A model generated the notes under the pieces. It made no database searches, had not been told where the DNA came from, and worked only from the letters and a program-made list of their open reading frames with translations. A DNA stretch of 64,000 bases from the NCBI GenBank assembly GCA_013239625.1, contig MU054132.1, forward strand, positions 1 to 64,000. The letters run 5' to 3'. Below are positions 1 through 12,455 of the stretch, in pieces (the first letter of the stretch is position 1; the number at the start of each line of letters is the position of its first letter). The position numbers and the translations under genes were made by a program. The DNA comes from Lama guanicoe (lineage: Eukaryota).

Positions 1-101
1 TTTCCTGCATTTGGCCTGTGCCCCTCCTTCCTGCCCAATTCCTGCCATTGATCTGTGTTGCCTTTTCTCTGCTCATATCTAGCTACCTGCCTGCTCTAAC
101 A
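1..101 (-). mobile_element. Partial ERV1 LTR cut by the window edge, inserted in family-A internal sequence
   Basis: Ends ...tctaaca. The reverse complement begins TGTTAGAGCAGGCAGGTAGCTAGATATGAGCAG, like a U3 start. Family-A internal sequence resumes at 102. Confidence 0.55.
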
Positions 102-602
102 AAAGTAGGCTGGTGCAGAACTAGATTTGATTCCTCTCTGTTAAGAGAACAAGTTTACTTAGAGTGCTTCCAATAACACATGGTGTGAAACTTTTGATAT
201 TTTTGACAAACTTCCTATCATATCCTAATGAAAGTTCTTTTGACTTCAGCTACCTTTAGGATGCTTCAGAGGGCCCCTGAGACATCTCAGAGAAAAATGT
301 TCCACTACTTAGGATGGGTTAGTATGTTGAATTGCACGGGAAGCACTGTGAAATGAGTGCGAAGCCTCCTCAGGAGCTATGGTATGGGTGAGTGTAGTTA
401 ATGTGGGTATTCTAGAAGTTGTGGGATTTTTGGGGTTGAATAGGTCCTGGTATAAAGCTGTCAGTCCTGATTGCCATTGTTGTTTTGCAATGTTGTGTCA
501 CAGCAACTTGATGGAGCTGCTTTGTCCAGGATCTTTGGCCTGGCAATTTTGGGTCTCTTGTCTCTCATGGACAGTTGGGCTGACTCTTTGCAGGACAGCT
601 TC

Positions 603-3600
603 TGTTGTGGGCACACTGAGAGAGCCAGTTGGTGACATGGTGACCCGTGGGTTGGTAAAAGAACTTACTAGAAAAATTGTGTTCTACACTGGAAATTGAC
701 ATAACATTGTAAACTGACTCAATAAAGTAAAATAAAATAAAGAATTGACAGAGGTAAAATATGGGAATAGAAAAGGAGTTTATTAGGTGTGCCCTGCCAT
801 AGACAACAGGAAGGTTGTTGAGGTCTTTGATAAGGTCGGGTCACAAGGTGCCTGACTGGCTTGTGCACAAATCTCTGATTGGTTGTAGGTGAGGTAAGAT
901 GTTCAGGGTCTGTGAAGGGTTGAGGGGTTTGATTCTGATAAGGTGGGCTGAAATAAGCCAGCCTGCAACTATTGTGAGATTAGGCATTACCTAGGGCTGT
1001 TAGCTTGTTAGGGGAAACATGTCCAATAAAGAATGTACTTCATCTGTTGAGGGATCACAGGCAGACATCTGAGAGCCCAGAAATGGGGGTTGTTAGACTT
1101 TGAAGCACATCACTTGGCCCAGTATTGCCCCTGACAGATTGGCACTGATGAATGTTTGAAATGCGGCAAAGGTCTCTTCTTCCATATCTACTTTCTGCTG
1201 AACTGTGGGTGTTGCACTGTCCCTGCCTATGGTGCCAATCTGCCAGGGGTTATGGGGCCCCAATATCCTTGCAGCCTTAAAGATGGGAGCAGAAGAAGAC
1301 ATGAGCGGCATCCAAGGACTGTATCACCAGGATGTTGGCTTGGCTCATGGCAGCAATCTTGATAGGAGGGGTGTATTCCTACATTCTCAGATCTTGGACC
1401 TCAAAGGGAGACAATTGTTTTTGTATACAACATAAAAGTAGGCAGATGCCAAGATAAATAGCTAAACCCAGTAAAATCAGAGAAGAAAAAAATGTCTGAA
1501 AAGAACTTATCCCTTCAGGGATCTAGGAAAAAGCATTGGAGAACCAGCCAGAGACCTGTTTAGTGATGAATTCGCTGTAAGCTTTGATATACCTAACATA
1601 TTGGGGATACAAGTACAGCACTCAGTACATACAACTGTGAGTGAGTGGGGTAAGGTGTTAAGAGCCATGTGGTTTTGTAAGACAGCTCTCCTTAATGGCC
1701 AAAGAAGATGTTACCACTAATGAGCTTAGTGCTTTTCTAGATTGTGAAGAGATGCAAGGATTTAGGCAGATAAAATCTCCTGAAAATATCTAACTATCTG
1801 AAAGCCTTTTTTTTTTTTTTTTTTAACCAGTTTTCTCAGAGCATCTAGTGCCTCATTCCCAACTTCCTCTCTGGGCTCCTTTCAGCATGCACTGAAGGTC
1901 AGAGACATCAGTGGCTTGTGACTTAATTGTTGTAAAGGCAGGTGGCAAGTGCCCTCGTGATCATAAATTTGATCATGGTTTAGGAGGCATTTCATGACAA
2001 TTTGTCCCACATTGCTAGGAGTGCTCATTCCTGGGTCATGCGAGGATTACATTGACAGACCACTCCATGTGTTATTATGGCCTTATCAATAGCAGCAAAA
2101 GTCTCTGGATCCCCTGTCTTACTAGTCTGTTATGGTCCAGGAAAATATTCCCTCTTGTTGCTTCTTCCCATATCTGGACTTACACCATTATAATCACAAA
2201 CCTATAGAAGTATGTATCTGGTTTCTTTAGAAGGAAATTCATATTTTTTGGCCAGGATTAAAGCAGGTATGAATTGGCCAGGTGAGGGAATCCCACCTAG
2301 TATATTACTAGGGGCCTGAACAGAACTGTAATTTCTTTTTCTAGATTAAATTTCCTAAGGGCCTACCAATTAAACCCTTAGAGTGGAGAAATCCACCAAG
2401 GGAATCCAGAAATACTGAATACTGGATAAGGTAGTTGACCATAAACCTAACAATGGGATTGACTTAAGTCTGCATAAGATCATGAAATATATCTAGATTA
2501 CTGAGCTTTAGAAATAAACCTAGTTTTCTTTTAATGATTTCATTAAACTTTGTAACAATCCCCAGAGACAAGGCAGCTTCTTGTTGGCTGAGCCTTGCCC
2601 CCTTTTCAAAATTTGCATTTTGAAAAAATGGGGAGGTAAGAGTTCCTGGAGAAGACCAGGTAGAACATTTGCATCTCAAAGGAAAGTTCCTCCCAGAATG
2701 ACTTTGTTCCCTTAGAATCAGAAAAGGGTTTTTTTTCTTTTTCTTCTTTTTTTTTCTTTTCCTTCTCCTCCTCCTCCTCCTTCTTTACTTAATTCGGGGA
2801 GGTTTGGGGAGTGGAGAGGATAGGTGGGCTTTGGGTTTTTTCTGGAGCCACTTCACTGGTCCTGGCATAGAAAGAGCAATGGCAGCGGCCACATATCTGG
2901 CCTGCCTTCTGTCTCTTTTCTTGTCTCTTTGCTCCAAAGAATGTTTTTGTTTTCTCAGGGTCAGAATTTTGAAAAGGTCTCAAACTGGTGTTTTGTTTGT
3001 TTGTTTGTTTTTTGCCTAACTACATATGCAAAAAGAACCAGTTTGGAATTTTTCTCTGGAATCTAAAAAATATTGTTATAATACCATCTTTTTCTTATTC
3101 ATAGGCTAGTAACTAAAATCTTGCCAGTCAGACAATTTGCCCAAGAGGGCTCCATGGTGGAACAGAACAAGAATTTCCCATTGCACAAGACAGGGCACAA
3201 GGTACAAAACACATACATGCATGAACGTCACAGACTGACCAGTGCAAGTTCTAACCAGACACTTTTACAGAACCAGATCTGAGTTTTGAGAGCCATAAAA
3301 GCTTGGGCATATGGGACCTCAAACCATTTGCCCAAGTTGTGACAAGGGACTAGGCTGAAAGATGGTGTTACAGTTTAGGGTTCCATGAAGGGCCAAGCCT
3401 CCTGTTCTGGAAGTTGGTCTTGGGGCCAAGTGGTGTTACAGAAAAAGACAAAGCAATGTCTCTTTAAGGTCTGGGAAATTGAACTTGTCCCAGTGTTTTA
3501 AAATGCAACTCAAAAATGAGTCCCGGGGAATAGAAGAAGTAAAGAGAAGGAAACCAGCACAGACTATATTCAGTAGGGGTGTGTCCCCCCAAAAAGAGAG

Positions 3601-4753
3601 GCTAACAGCGCAGACTCTATTCTGGGACATCCCCTAGAAAGAGACAGGCTAAACTTCTGGTGTCCTCTTACTTTGAGTGTCCCCCAAGAAAGAGAAGCCA
3701 AGATCTGAAAAGCTGTCACAAGGGACTGAAAAGCAAAGGAAAAATGGGGAGACTCACCACTGGTGACTTCTACTTGGTGCAGTGATGGAAGGCAGGAGGC
3801 ACGGCCAATCTGGAGGCCTGATGCACAAAACAGTAGAGAAGGCACAGAGGTGCACCACGTGGTTGGGCCCGAGAACCAAGGAGTGTCTCAAGGGCCAGAG
3901 TCAGAGGAAGGGAGAGATGGAGAGAAGGGTATTTAGAAAACATGCCTTTCCCAAGTGCATTCACTGCCAAGGGCCAGGGGTCATTTCCATCTGTCAGACC
4001 AAGTTTTCAAAGCCTGCTGAGAGTAGCCCAGCCAGGGTTCCTCCATCCACAGCAAGATTTCTGGGAACCTGAATGCTAGGGAGGAGCAGGAAATAATGAG
4101 AGAGGAAAGGAGAAAGGAAAACAGAAGAGGAAAGCCAGACTTGACGATTCTGGCCTTCAGAATGGAGCATCTGATCAAACCTAGGGGAGAGTCACATAGA
4201 AAGGGGCAGAGAGAGAGAGAGAAGCCCAAAGGGCTCCCCTGAAGTCCTAGCCGCATATAAGCCACCAAATACACAAAGACAATGTTGTATGACACAACAG
4301 CGACCAATTAGTGACATGGTGATGCATGGGTTGGTAGAAGAATTTACCAGAGATAAAGTATGGGAATAGAAACAGAGTTTATTAGGGGTGTGCTGCCATA
4401 GACAGCAGTGGGTCACACACATGAGGGGCGTCTGTGTGAGCTCTAAGGGATGGTTTGGGGTTTTTTATGAGGTTGGATCACAAGGTGCCTGATCGGCCTG
4501 TGCACAAGTCTCTGATTGGTTGTAGGTGAGGTGAGAGGTTTAGGGTCTGTGAAGGGCGGTGGGGTTTATGACTCTAAGGGGGGCTGAAATAAGCCAGCCT
4601 GCACTATTGTGAGATTAGGCGTTACTTAGGGCTATTAGTTTGTTAGGGCAAATATGCCCAGTAAAGAATGTGCTTTATCAGTTGAGGGGTCAGACATTTG
4701 GGAGCCCAGAAATGGGGGTCATTGTACTTTAAAACACATCAGTTGGCCCAACA
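603..4753 (-). mobile_element. Degenerate ERV1 provirus 'G' (LTRs 603-1124 and 4283-4753) with env TM and gag MA remnants
   Basis: 5-bp TSD GCTTC at 598-602 and 4754-4758, and two homologous LTRs. env immunosuppressive domain LRRAVLQNHMALNTL...TECCTCIP at ~1605-1695. gag MA SSIPRDSFLSCILKHWDKF at ~3480-3540. Degenerate tRNA-Ile-like primer binding site (PBS) at ~4251-4267. Contains a fragment of family E at ~1705-2540. Confidence 0.85.
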
Positions 4754-5061
4754 GCTTCCTGTTTAGGAGGATGCTTGGCAGAGACTTTTTGACAAGCGCA
4801 GGTTCCTTTTGGAACATGCTGCTGAGCTGGGAAAGATATTTAGAGCCTGATGAAAACTCTGATTTCATAAAGCTGTTGGTAAACAGGATTGATTTCATAG
4901 GAATGAGTGAACTGAGGATATAGTTTTAATTTTTTGGTTGTATAAAAATCTTACTGGCTTTGGATTTATGCTTCCTAATTGAACTATTTACCAAACGTTT
5001 GTCTCCCTATCAATATTGACCCTAATGTTTACGATTAAAGAAAGAGAATTCTTGGGGTGAA

Positions 5062-5217
5062 GGGGGGAGGGTATAGCCCAGTGGTAGAGCCTATGCTTAG
5101 CAATCATGAGGTCCTGGATTTCAGTACCTCCATAAAAATAAGTAAATAAACCCAATGATCTCCCCCCCAAAATAAAATGAACTACAAATAGAAAATAAAA
5201 ATAAATATTAAAAAAAA
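5062..5217 (+). mobile_element. tRNA-derived SINE, camelid Vic-1-like
   Basis: ggggggagggtatagcccagtggtagag A-box, tRNA-like body and A-rich tail. Empty site at ~35490. Confidence 0.85.
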
Positions 5218-5660
5218 GAAAGATTTCCATAATGGATTTATCAAAGAATATAACTACTCATGAGGTATAACAATGCTCGCTTTAAGTTGATTGCTAAGAG
5301 CGCATGTACGATGCTTGTGTAACAATTGGGTGTAAGTAATAAAATGTTTGGCTTGTAAAGTGTTTCCCCATTAACATACCTCTGAGCCTGTTCCGATATG
5401 TGATATCTGCTTTTCCCCCAATGCGGATAACTAGGCAGATATAAAGGAGGCCTAGCACAGAGGGACACGATCTAAACCCGGGGCAAGAGGCACCACCCCA
5501 GAACTGAGGGATAGATATTTTAATCTGTTGAAAGATATAGAATCAAAAGAGGAAATGATGGGGAAATCTGCACATATTGAGATAGGGGGAAGTCATTCTG
5601 GCTTTTGCATGGTTTGACTTAAACTGTACTCATTAAAGCAGCCTGTCTTATGGCCTTTTG

Positions 5661-5791
5661 TTTAATTTTTTTTAAGAGGAGGAGGTAATTAGGTTTATTT
5701 CTTTATTTAAGTGGAGGTACTAGGGATTGAGGTACCAGGACCTTGTGCATGCTTGGCAGGCACTCTACCACTGAGCTAACCCCTCCTCCCC
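5661..5791 (-). mobile_element. tRNA-derived SINE, camelid Vic-1-like
   Basis: Reverse-complement copy with TSD tcttatgg(c/t)ctttt on both sides. Confidence 0.85.
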
Positions 5792-6374
5792 ATCTTATGG
5801 TCTTTTAGACATGCACTATACATCTGCTTTGGCCTTGAGAAGGGAAATGCATCTGAAGGTTGGAATGGAGTGGCTGTGGTTTGGATGTCCAGGGTGGAAC
5901 TGGGTAGCCATTATAAGCACGATTTCCAACATGTTCCTGTATTGAGGAGAACTCTGATTTTGTGGGCTGTGTCGTACTCTGTGTCATACTCGGGATGCCA
6001 CCAGCCACTCTCAAAGCAATGTCTGCTGGCAGCTGCAAGCTTATAACCTCAAGCTCTCTTCTTGTAGCTATTAAACTTTTAGACGATGAAAGTACTTTAG
6101 ATCAGATGTTAGCAGAAAAAAAGGAGACATGTAGTAGCCAATAGCTCCTCTTATATATATATTGATACCACATCAAAAGTTAAAACCTACTCAGATAAAA
6201 GTAGACATCTGGGTACCTGGCTACAAGTCTCCCCCAAAGTGCCAGATCCAGACTGGTTTTCAGGCTCAGTCTCCTGAATTCCTCAGGGAGTGAGAGCTTA
6301 ATCATACAAGATTAGGACCCAGGACTGGGAACTCAGGAATATTTCCAACCCGGTGTCCATTCCCCAAATCGAGG

Positions 6375-6981
6375 TATTGCCGAAAGATTAGCCCCTGTCC
6401 CTGATGAGCTCAGTAACTCAGAGACACGGTCTTAGAAATTAGAGAAAAAAAAGAGACAGTTTTATTAATTTGCCAGGCAAAGGGGACCCACAGCAGGCTG
6501 CTGCCTTCAAAACTGTGAATCCACATTGGGGATGGGGTAGGGTGATTACATAGTCATAGCTCAAACAATATAACATAGATAACAATCAACAAAATCATTT
6601 TCTTGTCATAAGGTGTAGAGTGGCATCATGGCGTCTCCAGGTGACCAATGCTATAGAGGCTAGTGATTGTCACATTCTCAATCTCTTCATCTCACAAACA
6701 CCTGCCATGTGGGTTTCTTTTGTTCTGTTTTTGATAATTTAGCCTATTCAGTAGGGGTACAGACCTATGACCTTCTCCCTGGAGAACAATTCAGAAGCCA
6801 GGCATGATCATTACTTTTGATTACTGGAATAAAATAGAAAGAGTAAAATTGATAGCTTTGGTTTTAACAATGGGCCTGGAGCTATGAGTAGTAACTGGTC
6901 AGGTTTGTTGACCATTTTAAGGGCAAGCATAAAGTAAGAATTTGTTAGCCTAAGTGCAACCATTTTATTATTTATTCTTCA
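6375..6981 (-). mobile_element. Solo LTR, type 'B'
   Basis: Homologous to 21967-22703. AATAAA on the minus strand. gagg/gaga TSD. Empty site at ~36481. Confidence 0.8.
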
Positions 6982-8011
6982 GAGATAGGACTAAGCCCCA
7001 TTTCAGGAGAATGCAGTCAGAGCAGTCACTGCTATTTTACTTGAAAGATTTGTGGAAGGATGAAACAGGATTGAAGATTGAAACTATTTACCAAACTCTG
7101 AGTTTATGATTAAGCTCTCTGTACAAAATATGACTCCCCTTCTTGTCCAACACCTATTCTCCTCAAAATTGAGGCATGTCACAGAAAAGGAGGGAATTGT
7201 AATGGAGCAGGGCTCTGTGGGGCTTTCCCAAGACAGACTCCTCCCCCATATCCTCTGCTGTAGCTCCTCTCATGCATGTTTCTTGAGTTTTTCAAATGCT
7301 AAAAACCACCACCAAATGGAAGAAATTAACTACTTGATGATCATGACCAAGGAGCCCCCAGATTTTCTGGCACCTAAGGATTGATCACCATCAATCAATC
7401 TGAGAATTGTGCACAGCTGATCACAGACTCTGGGCTGCTCCACCCTCCACTGAGCCTTTTAAAGTCTCAAAAGGCTCAGCTGAAACCTTTCAGGGAGTTC
7501 CGCGTTTTGTGGGCGGGAGCCACGCATTCTCCCTGCTCAGCTCTGCAGCAAACCGCCACGTTTCAGCGTTGTTTGGCCTCACTGTGCCTCCAGTAACAGT
7601 TTTGACAAAGCCAGCCCAGGGGTCTATGCCTGTCGCAGGTCAACTCCAGATGGGGCCACCCTTTCCTGGGTCCCCAGCAGCTGTCGGGGCTCATTTCACT
7701 CCAAGGAACTGAGAGAGACCCTCCCTGGCAGACGCCGGCTGCCCTGGGATGAGGCTGTTTGGAGCCGAGAAACATCCAGAGCTGCGGTCCACATTCAACG
7801 TGTCCTGGAGGTGAGTTGCTCCCAGCTTGTCCAGGCTGGGGAATTCTCTGCCTTCCATCTGGGCTTATTCCTTTCTGGGTAATGAGCCACTGTGGCCTCA
7901 TCAGGAGCCACTCTGGGTACATTCTTTTTTGGCGGCCAGGCCACTCTGTAAGCCTCTGTGTGAGAGTGGAATTCTAGGGCTACACCTCATCTGATATTTA
8001 GTTTGTGGGAC

Positions 8012-9805
8012 TGTTACTGGATAGAGGTACCCCTAAATTAGGAAACACACCAAAGTGTGGATTCCTGCTGCTGGCTGTGAAAAAAATTCACACAGCAGGG
8101 TCAGAGGGTTGAAGTGAATGGCTGCTTTATTGCTCAGAAGGGGAAATGAAAAGAAAAGTTCTTGAGCAGGGAGAAGAGAACAAAGTAACTCAAACAAGGA
8201 AAAAGTGCTCGAGCTGGGAGCAGTCAGCCAAGATGGGCGGTAGGGACAGCTCTGGAGGCTTCCACTGTGAAGGAAAAGCCCAGCTGGGCTAACGAGCTAA
8301 GTCACAAATCTAAGTGTGATAAGTGTCAGTTTACTGATATAAGTTCTGCCGGGCTAACTCGTAAATCTGAAGTTTAGTGTCAGTTTACTGGGCTAACAAG
8401 CTAACTCGTAAATCCAAGCTCAACAAGTGTCAGTAACGTGATCTGTTCCAAATTGATAAGCTCCAGTGTACTGATTCCTTGCTTTTTGTTGTTTGAACCT
8501 TATTGGCTAATAGCCCCATACTTGTAATTAACATTAACCCTACTCATGTGCACGTCTTGGAGGTGCTCAGAGCTTCGGAGCAGAAGCCCCTCTGAGCCCG
8601 CCGGCATAATAAATCTGAGTACTCCAACCCTCCGAGTGGTGCTTGTTTCTTGGCTGGCCTGTCATTTCCATAACACCACCATCACATCCTCCTTCTGGGT
8701 GTGATGGAGCCAATTAGTCCTTTGAATTTTTCAATCTTTGTGTGGGCTTTTCTGGTTGTTGTCATGGCAATCATCGACTGTCATGGCACTGGTGGGTGTC
8801 ACTTAGCATGCTAATACATTACAATGAGTGTATAATGAGGCTCAAAGTCCACTGGAAGTCAAATTCTCCACCATCTTGGACTCCATAGGGTTCTAACCAG
8901 TTCTTGTTTCTTCTCTGCTGCTGCCCCCTGAGACTTAGATAAGGGTAATTGGTTTCTACTTGAGGGAGGTGCAGGAGTATGTTGACTGAAATAAAATGCA
9001 CAACCTAAAAGTTGAGAGTTATGATTTATTCAGGTGGCATTTCTGAGGACTCCACCTGGGATGACAGCCTCTCAGACAGCTCTAAGGGACCACTCTGGAA
9101 GACGTAGGGGAGGAGCCAGAATATATAGGAATTTGACAACAAAGACCAGATAGTCAGAACATTAAAGGATTACTATTAATTAAAGAAAACCAGACATCTT
9201 TAGTTAAAGAATTGAGCACTTTTCTATGTATGGGAGGGAACAAATGTCTAGGCCCATTGAAATCATCCTTTTGAGAAGCACCAGTGTCCTCTCCTTTCAC
9301 ATTCTGAGTCCCTCCAGAGAGCACCATGGTGGGTGGCTGCAGAGGCCGGGCTGCCTGCTTGTCTGCACCCTGAGCTCACTGTGGGGGTGGTGGTAGTGAC
9401 TGATGGCTTGATGGCTTTTGCATTCTTCGTTTACTGATATGATTTGCAGTATTTTTCCTCCACAGGTATGATCTGGGGAAAACAGCCTTGGTAACAGAAA
9501 GCAAAGTTGCTTTTAATCAGAATGCCTGCAATCTAGTGCACCATGCATTCCCCACCCCCTGAAAAAAATCTCCAAAGTTTCTGTTCATCCATAAAAATTT
9601 TAAAGGGAAATGGGGGAGTCATCTCAGTTGATCTTTGAGATAGGTGGTCAGACCCCCCGCCATCCCCCAGTGTCTGCAGGCTTGTCCTAATCAACTGCTT
9701 GAGCCTGCTCTCCTGTGGCTCCGGGAGGCCTGGGAGACTTCAGCTGTTCTGTAAACAAGAGGCAGGGGTTGGGGTGGGGGGCACGCAGAGTCCCGCTCCC
9801 TTTCA
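8012..9805 (-). mobile_element. Solo LTR 'C' containing nested LTR 'D' (8266-8675, +) and an E-type LTR (8980-9464, -)
   Basis: TSD GGAC at 8008-8011 and 9806-9809. LTR D has TSD CCAC at 8262-8265 and 8676-8679 and a plus-strand AATAAA. The E-type LTR is flanked by agta/ggta. Confidence 0.85.
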
Positions 9806-10154
9806 GGACTGTATTTGTTGTTCATACGTGTGTGCGTGTCAGTACTTGCACTGGCCTGTTGGCACGTCTTTGGTGACTTCTGTGATGACCCCAGGGTATC
9901 CTTCCCTGTTGCATTGGCTTCAGTGCAACACTGTGGCAGAGCATTGGGTGGGACTTTCCCTGTTAGGACTGGCCTTGGGCATTCATTCAGCTTCATCTTT
10001 GATGGAATCTTGGTTGGGGGTTCTCCCCTTTTGAATTGTTGGAGCAGTTGTTAAAAATCTCCCTTTTGGGGCAAGGAAACTGTGACCCTGAAAGAGTGTT
10101 TTGTTTCCTGTTTGACGTTTGATTAACATTGGCCATGAATAATTAAGTATGGAT

Positions 10155-10621
10155 TGTCATGGGCACAATGGCTGGGCGGGAGGTGAGCCAGTGACACTCG
10201 GGATGGCAAAAGAATTTATTAGAGAAAGTATGGGAATAGAAAGGAGTTAATTGGGGTATGCTGCCATTGACAGCAGTGGGCATGAGGAAGGACACGGGAA
10301 AAGTGTAATAATTATGCTGCTATCGGCAACAGTGGTCCACACAGAGGAGAATTGCCTGTGCGAGCACCGAGGGTCAGTTGTTGGAGTTTTTCTTGAGGTC
10401 AGGTCAAAAGGTGCTTGTTCAGCTTGTGCACAAGTCTCTGATTGGTTATAGGTGAGGTAAGGTGCTCCTGGAGGGCGGTGGGGTTTATGGATCCGATAAG
10501 GAGGGTATTACCTGGGGCTATTAGTTTCTTAGGGAAAACTTGCCAGTAAAAAACATGTCAGACATCTGAGAACCCAGGAATGGGGGCCTTTGTACTTTGA
10601 AGGATGTCAGTTGGCCCAACG
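10155..10621 (-). mobile_element. Solo LTR of family G
   Basis: Homologous to 603-1124 and 4283-4753. TSD tggat/tgggt. Empty site at ~24100. Confidence 0.85.
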
Positions 10622-11547
10622 TGGGTGATCAGACATCCGCTCCTTCATGTAGTCCCTGTGGGGTATATTTTGCAAAACTGGGAGATCTTCAGCTATGCTC
10701 CCATAAATGAGGGAAAAGTATATTTTTATTGTAACACTGTGTGTGCCCAGTACTCCCTGAGATCTAGAGAACAGTGGCCCCTAATGACTCTACTATTATA
10801 TCAAAGTGGGTCTTTTGCAATTTGGCTTTTATCTTGGTAGAGGGTATATGTGTCTTGGTACCTGAGTCCAGACCTATTCTCTTCCTGGTTTTGCTGAAAG
10901 TGGGGCATGTGGATGTGAGTGAATGATATATATGTATTATTGCCTGGTGGATTTAGGGGGACTGGAAAAAAATTCCTGCAAATAGCCAAGATGGATGGGT
11001 TTTGTAAAAAGCTGGTAGAGGAGGAACTTGCATTTCTCTTTCTGTTACTTTGAGATGTGAATGATATACCTGGACATTCAGGGTAGGGGAAATGGTTTTT
11101 GAAACTCTAGAGGACAAACTTTGAGATCTCTGGTTCTGTGTTTACCTGGGTTCTTCATGTGAAAAGGGGTTTTGTTTTATTTTTTTAAACTCAAGTAGAA
11201 AAACTGAGATCTATGATTCTGTGTTTATGTAAAGAATTAACTTGAAAATGAGCTCTATATAATTGAATTAAAAGTAAGCTCTTACATATTAAATACTTCT
11301 AAGTATAAAAATCTGGACAGAATGGATTTTGGGTTCATATGATCTGGGAAGTATTCAATATTGAGTTAATATCTGATATTAAAGCTTAGCTTAAGCTTAC
11401 TGGTATAATCAATACAGACATGTCTTTCATTGTGGCTAGGTTTACTGAAGGTCAATATGTTAATGTTGTTACTGTCACAGAGTTTGTCAGCAGAAAGAAA
11501 AAAATTAACTTGGTGTGATGAAATTCTTACCAGTGAATTAAATGCAG

Positions 11548-12015
11548 TGTTGCTTCAAAATGGGTCTCTGCACCCCAAAAGCCAGACTGAGACTCAGAGG
11601 CAGAGTTTTGGGAGATTTATTGCTTTGTCAGGCAGAGAGGCGTCACAGCAGGCTAATGCATTAAAGACTGTGAATCCATCTTGAAGGTGGAGTCTTGAAG
11701 TTTTGTAGAAAAACTGGATGGATCAGAAAAGGTGGTAACAATCAGGGGGCTTTACAGGGTGCTGCTACCTTCCTCTGAACCTTGGTGTCCTGAGGGAACT
11801 GCGGAGGGTCTGTCCATTCTTCTGAGATTATCGGCCCATTACCTTCTTCCTGGAGCACAGCCTCTGGGTAAAAACTATTGTAAAGAATGTAAGAAAGAAG
11901 TTTAGGGGCTGTTTAGCACAAGCAGTAAGGGAGAAAAAGTAAATTGCAGGATTTCTGAATAGAAATAATCAGCAGTTTTAACATCAGGGAAATTAGTTCT
12001 TTTCCTACTTTTTCA
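11548..12015 (-). mobile_element. Solo LTR 'F', with R/U5 related to type B
   Basis: TG...CA termini and AATAAA on the minus strand (gatttattgc). Empty site at ~24915. Partial copies at ~31880-32177 and ~32956-33253. Confidence 0.75.
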
Positions 12016-12254
12016 CAAGTGAGATGGGAGCTTTTGGGTGAACTCCTTGCAAATGATTGTGTTTTAGGAATAGTTACTCAGAAATGATATCTCCAGATAT
12101 TTGGTAGCTTGAAAGTTTGGAGCTGGCCTGAATTATGTTGAATGATGGAGCTTTGTTAAAAGGCTGGGTCATTCCCAAATGGAATAAGATACTGAGCCAT
12201 TCATTGCTGAACATTGGCTTCCCTTTGCAGAGAAGCTAGATTTATTTAGGACTG

Positions 12255-12455
12255 CTTTTTTTGTTTGTTTTAACTGAAGAATAGTCAGTTACAATGTATC
12301 AATTTCTCATGTACAGCACAATGTCCCAGTCATGCATTTATATATATTCATTTTCATATTCTTTCATTAATTTTTACTGCAAGATACTGAATATAGTTCC
12401 CTGTGCTCTACAGAAATTTGTTTTTTATTTATTTTTATATATAGTTGTTAACATT
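12255..12455 (-). mobile_element. Short L1 3'-end fragment
   Basis: L1 3' UTR motifs with a T-tail and a tatttaggac-like TSD. Shared at the same site with the duplicate at ~33490-33695. Confidence 0.8.

Larger units (their letters stand above)
102..7598 (+). mobile_element. Family-A non-autonomous ERV1 element I: 3' internal region plus LTR 7198-7598, interrupted by nested insertions
   Basis: Collinear with 25550-28544 and 34190-37134. env TM remnant at ~6070-6190 (LLDDESTLDQMLAEK). Polypurine tract (PPT) agaaaaggagggaat precedes TGT at 7198, and the LTR ends cagtaaca. Confidence 0.85.

Noticed and set aside
1560..1700. env remnants (also ~6070, ~27447, ~36190) as candidate syncytin-like co-opted genes
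   Set aside because: All are short, contain stops or frameshifts, and lack an intact SU-TM reading frame.
5062..5135. tRNA-like sequences here and at 5720, 22114 and 49745
   Set aside because: They are SINE heads with A-tails (TSDs seen for most) and degenerate stems, not tRNA genes.
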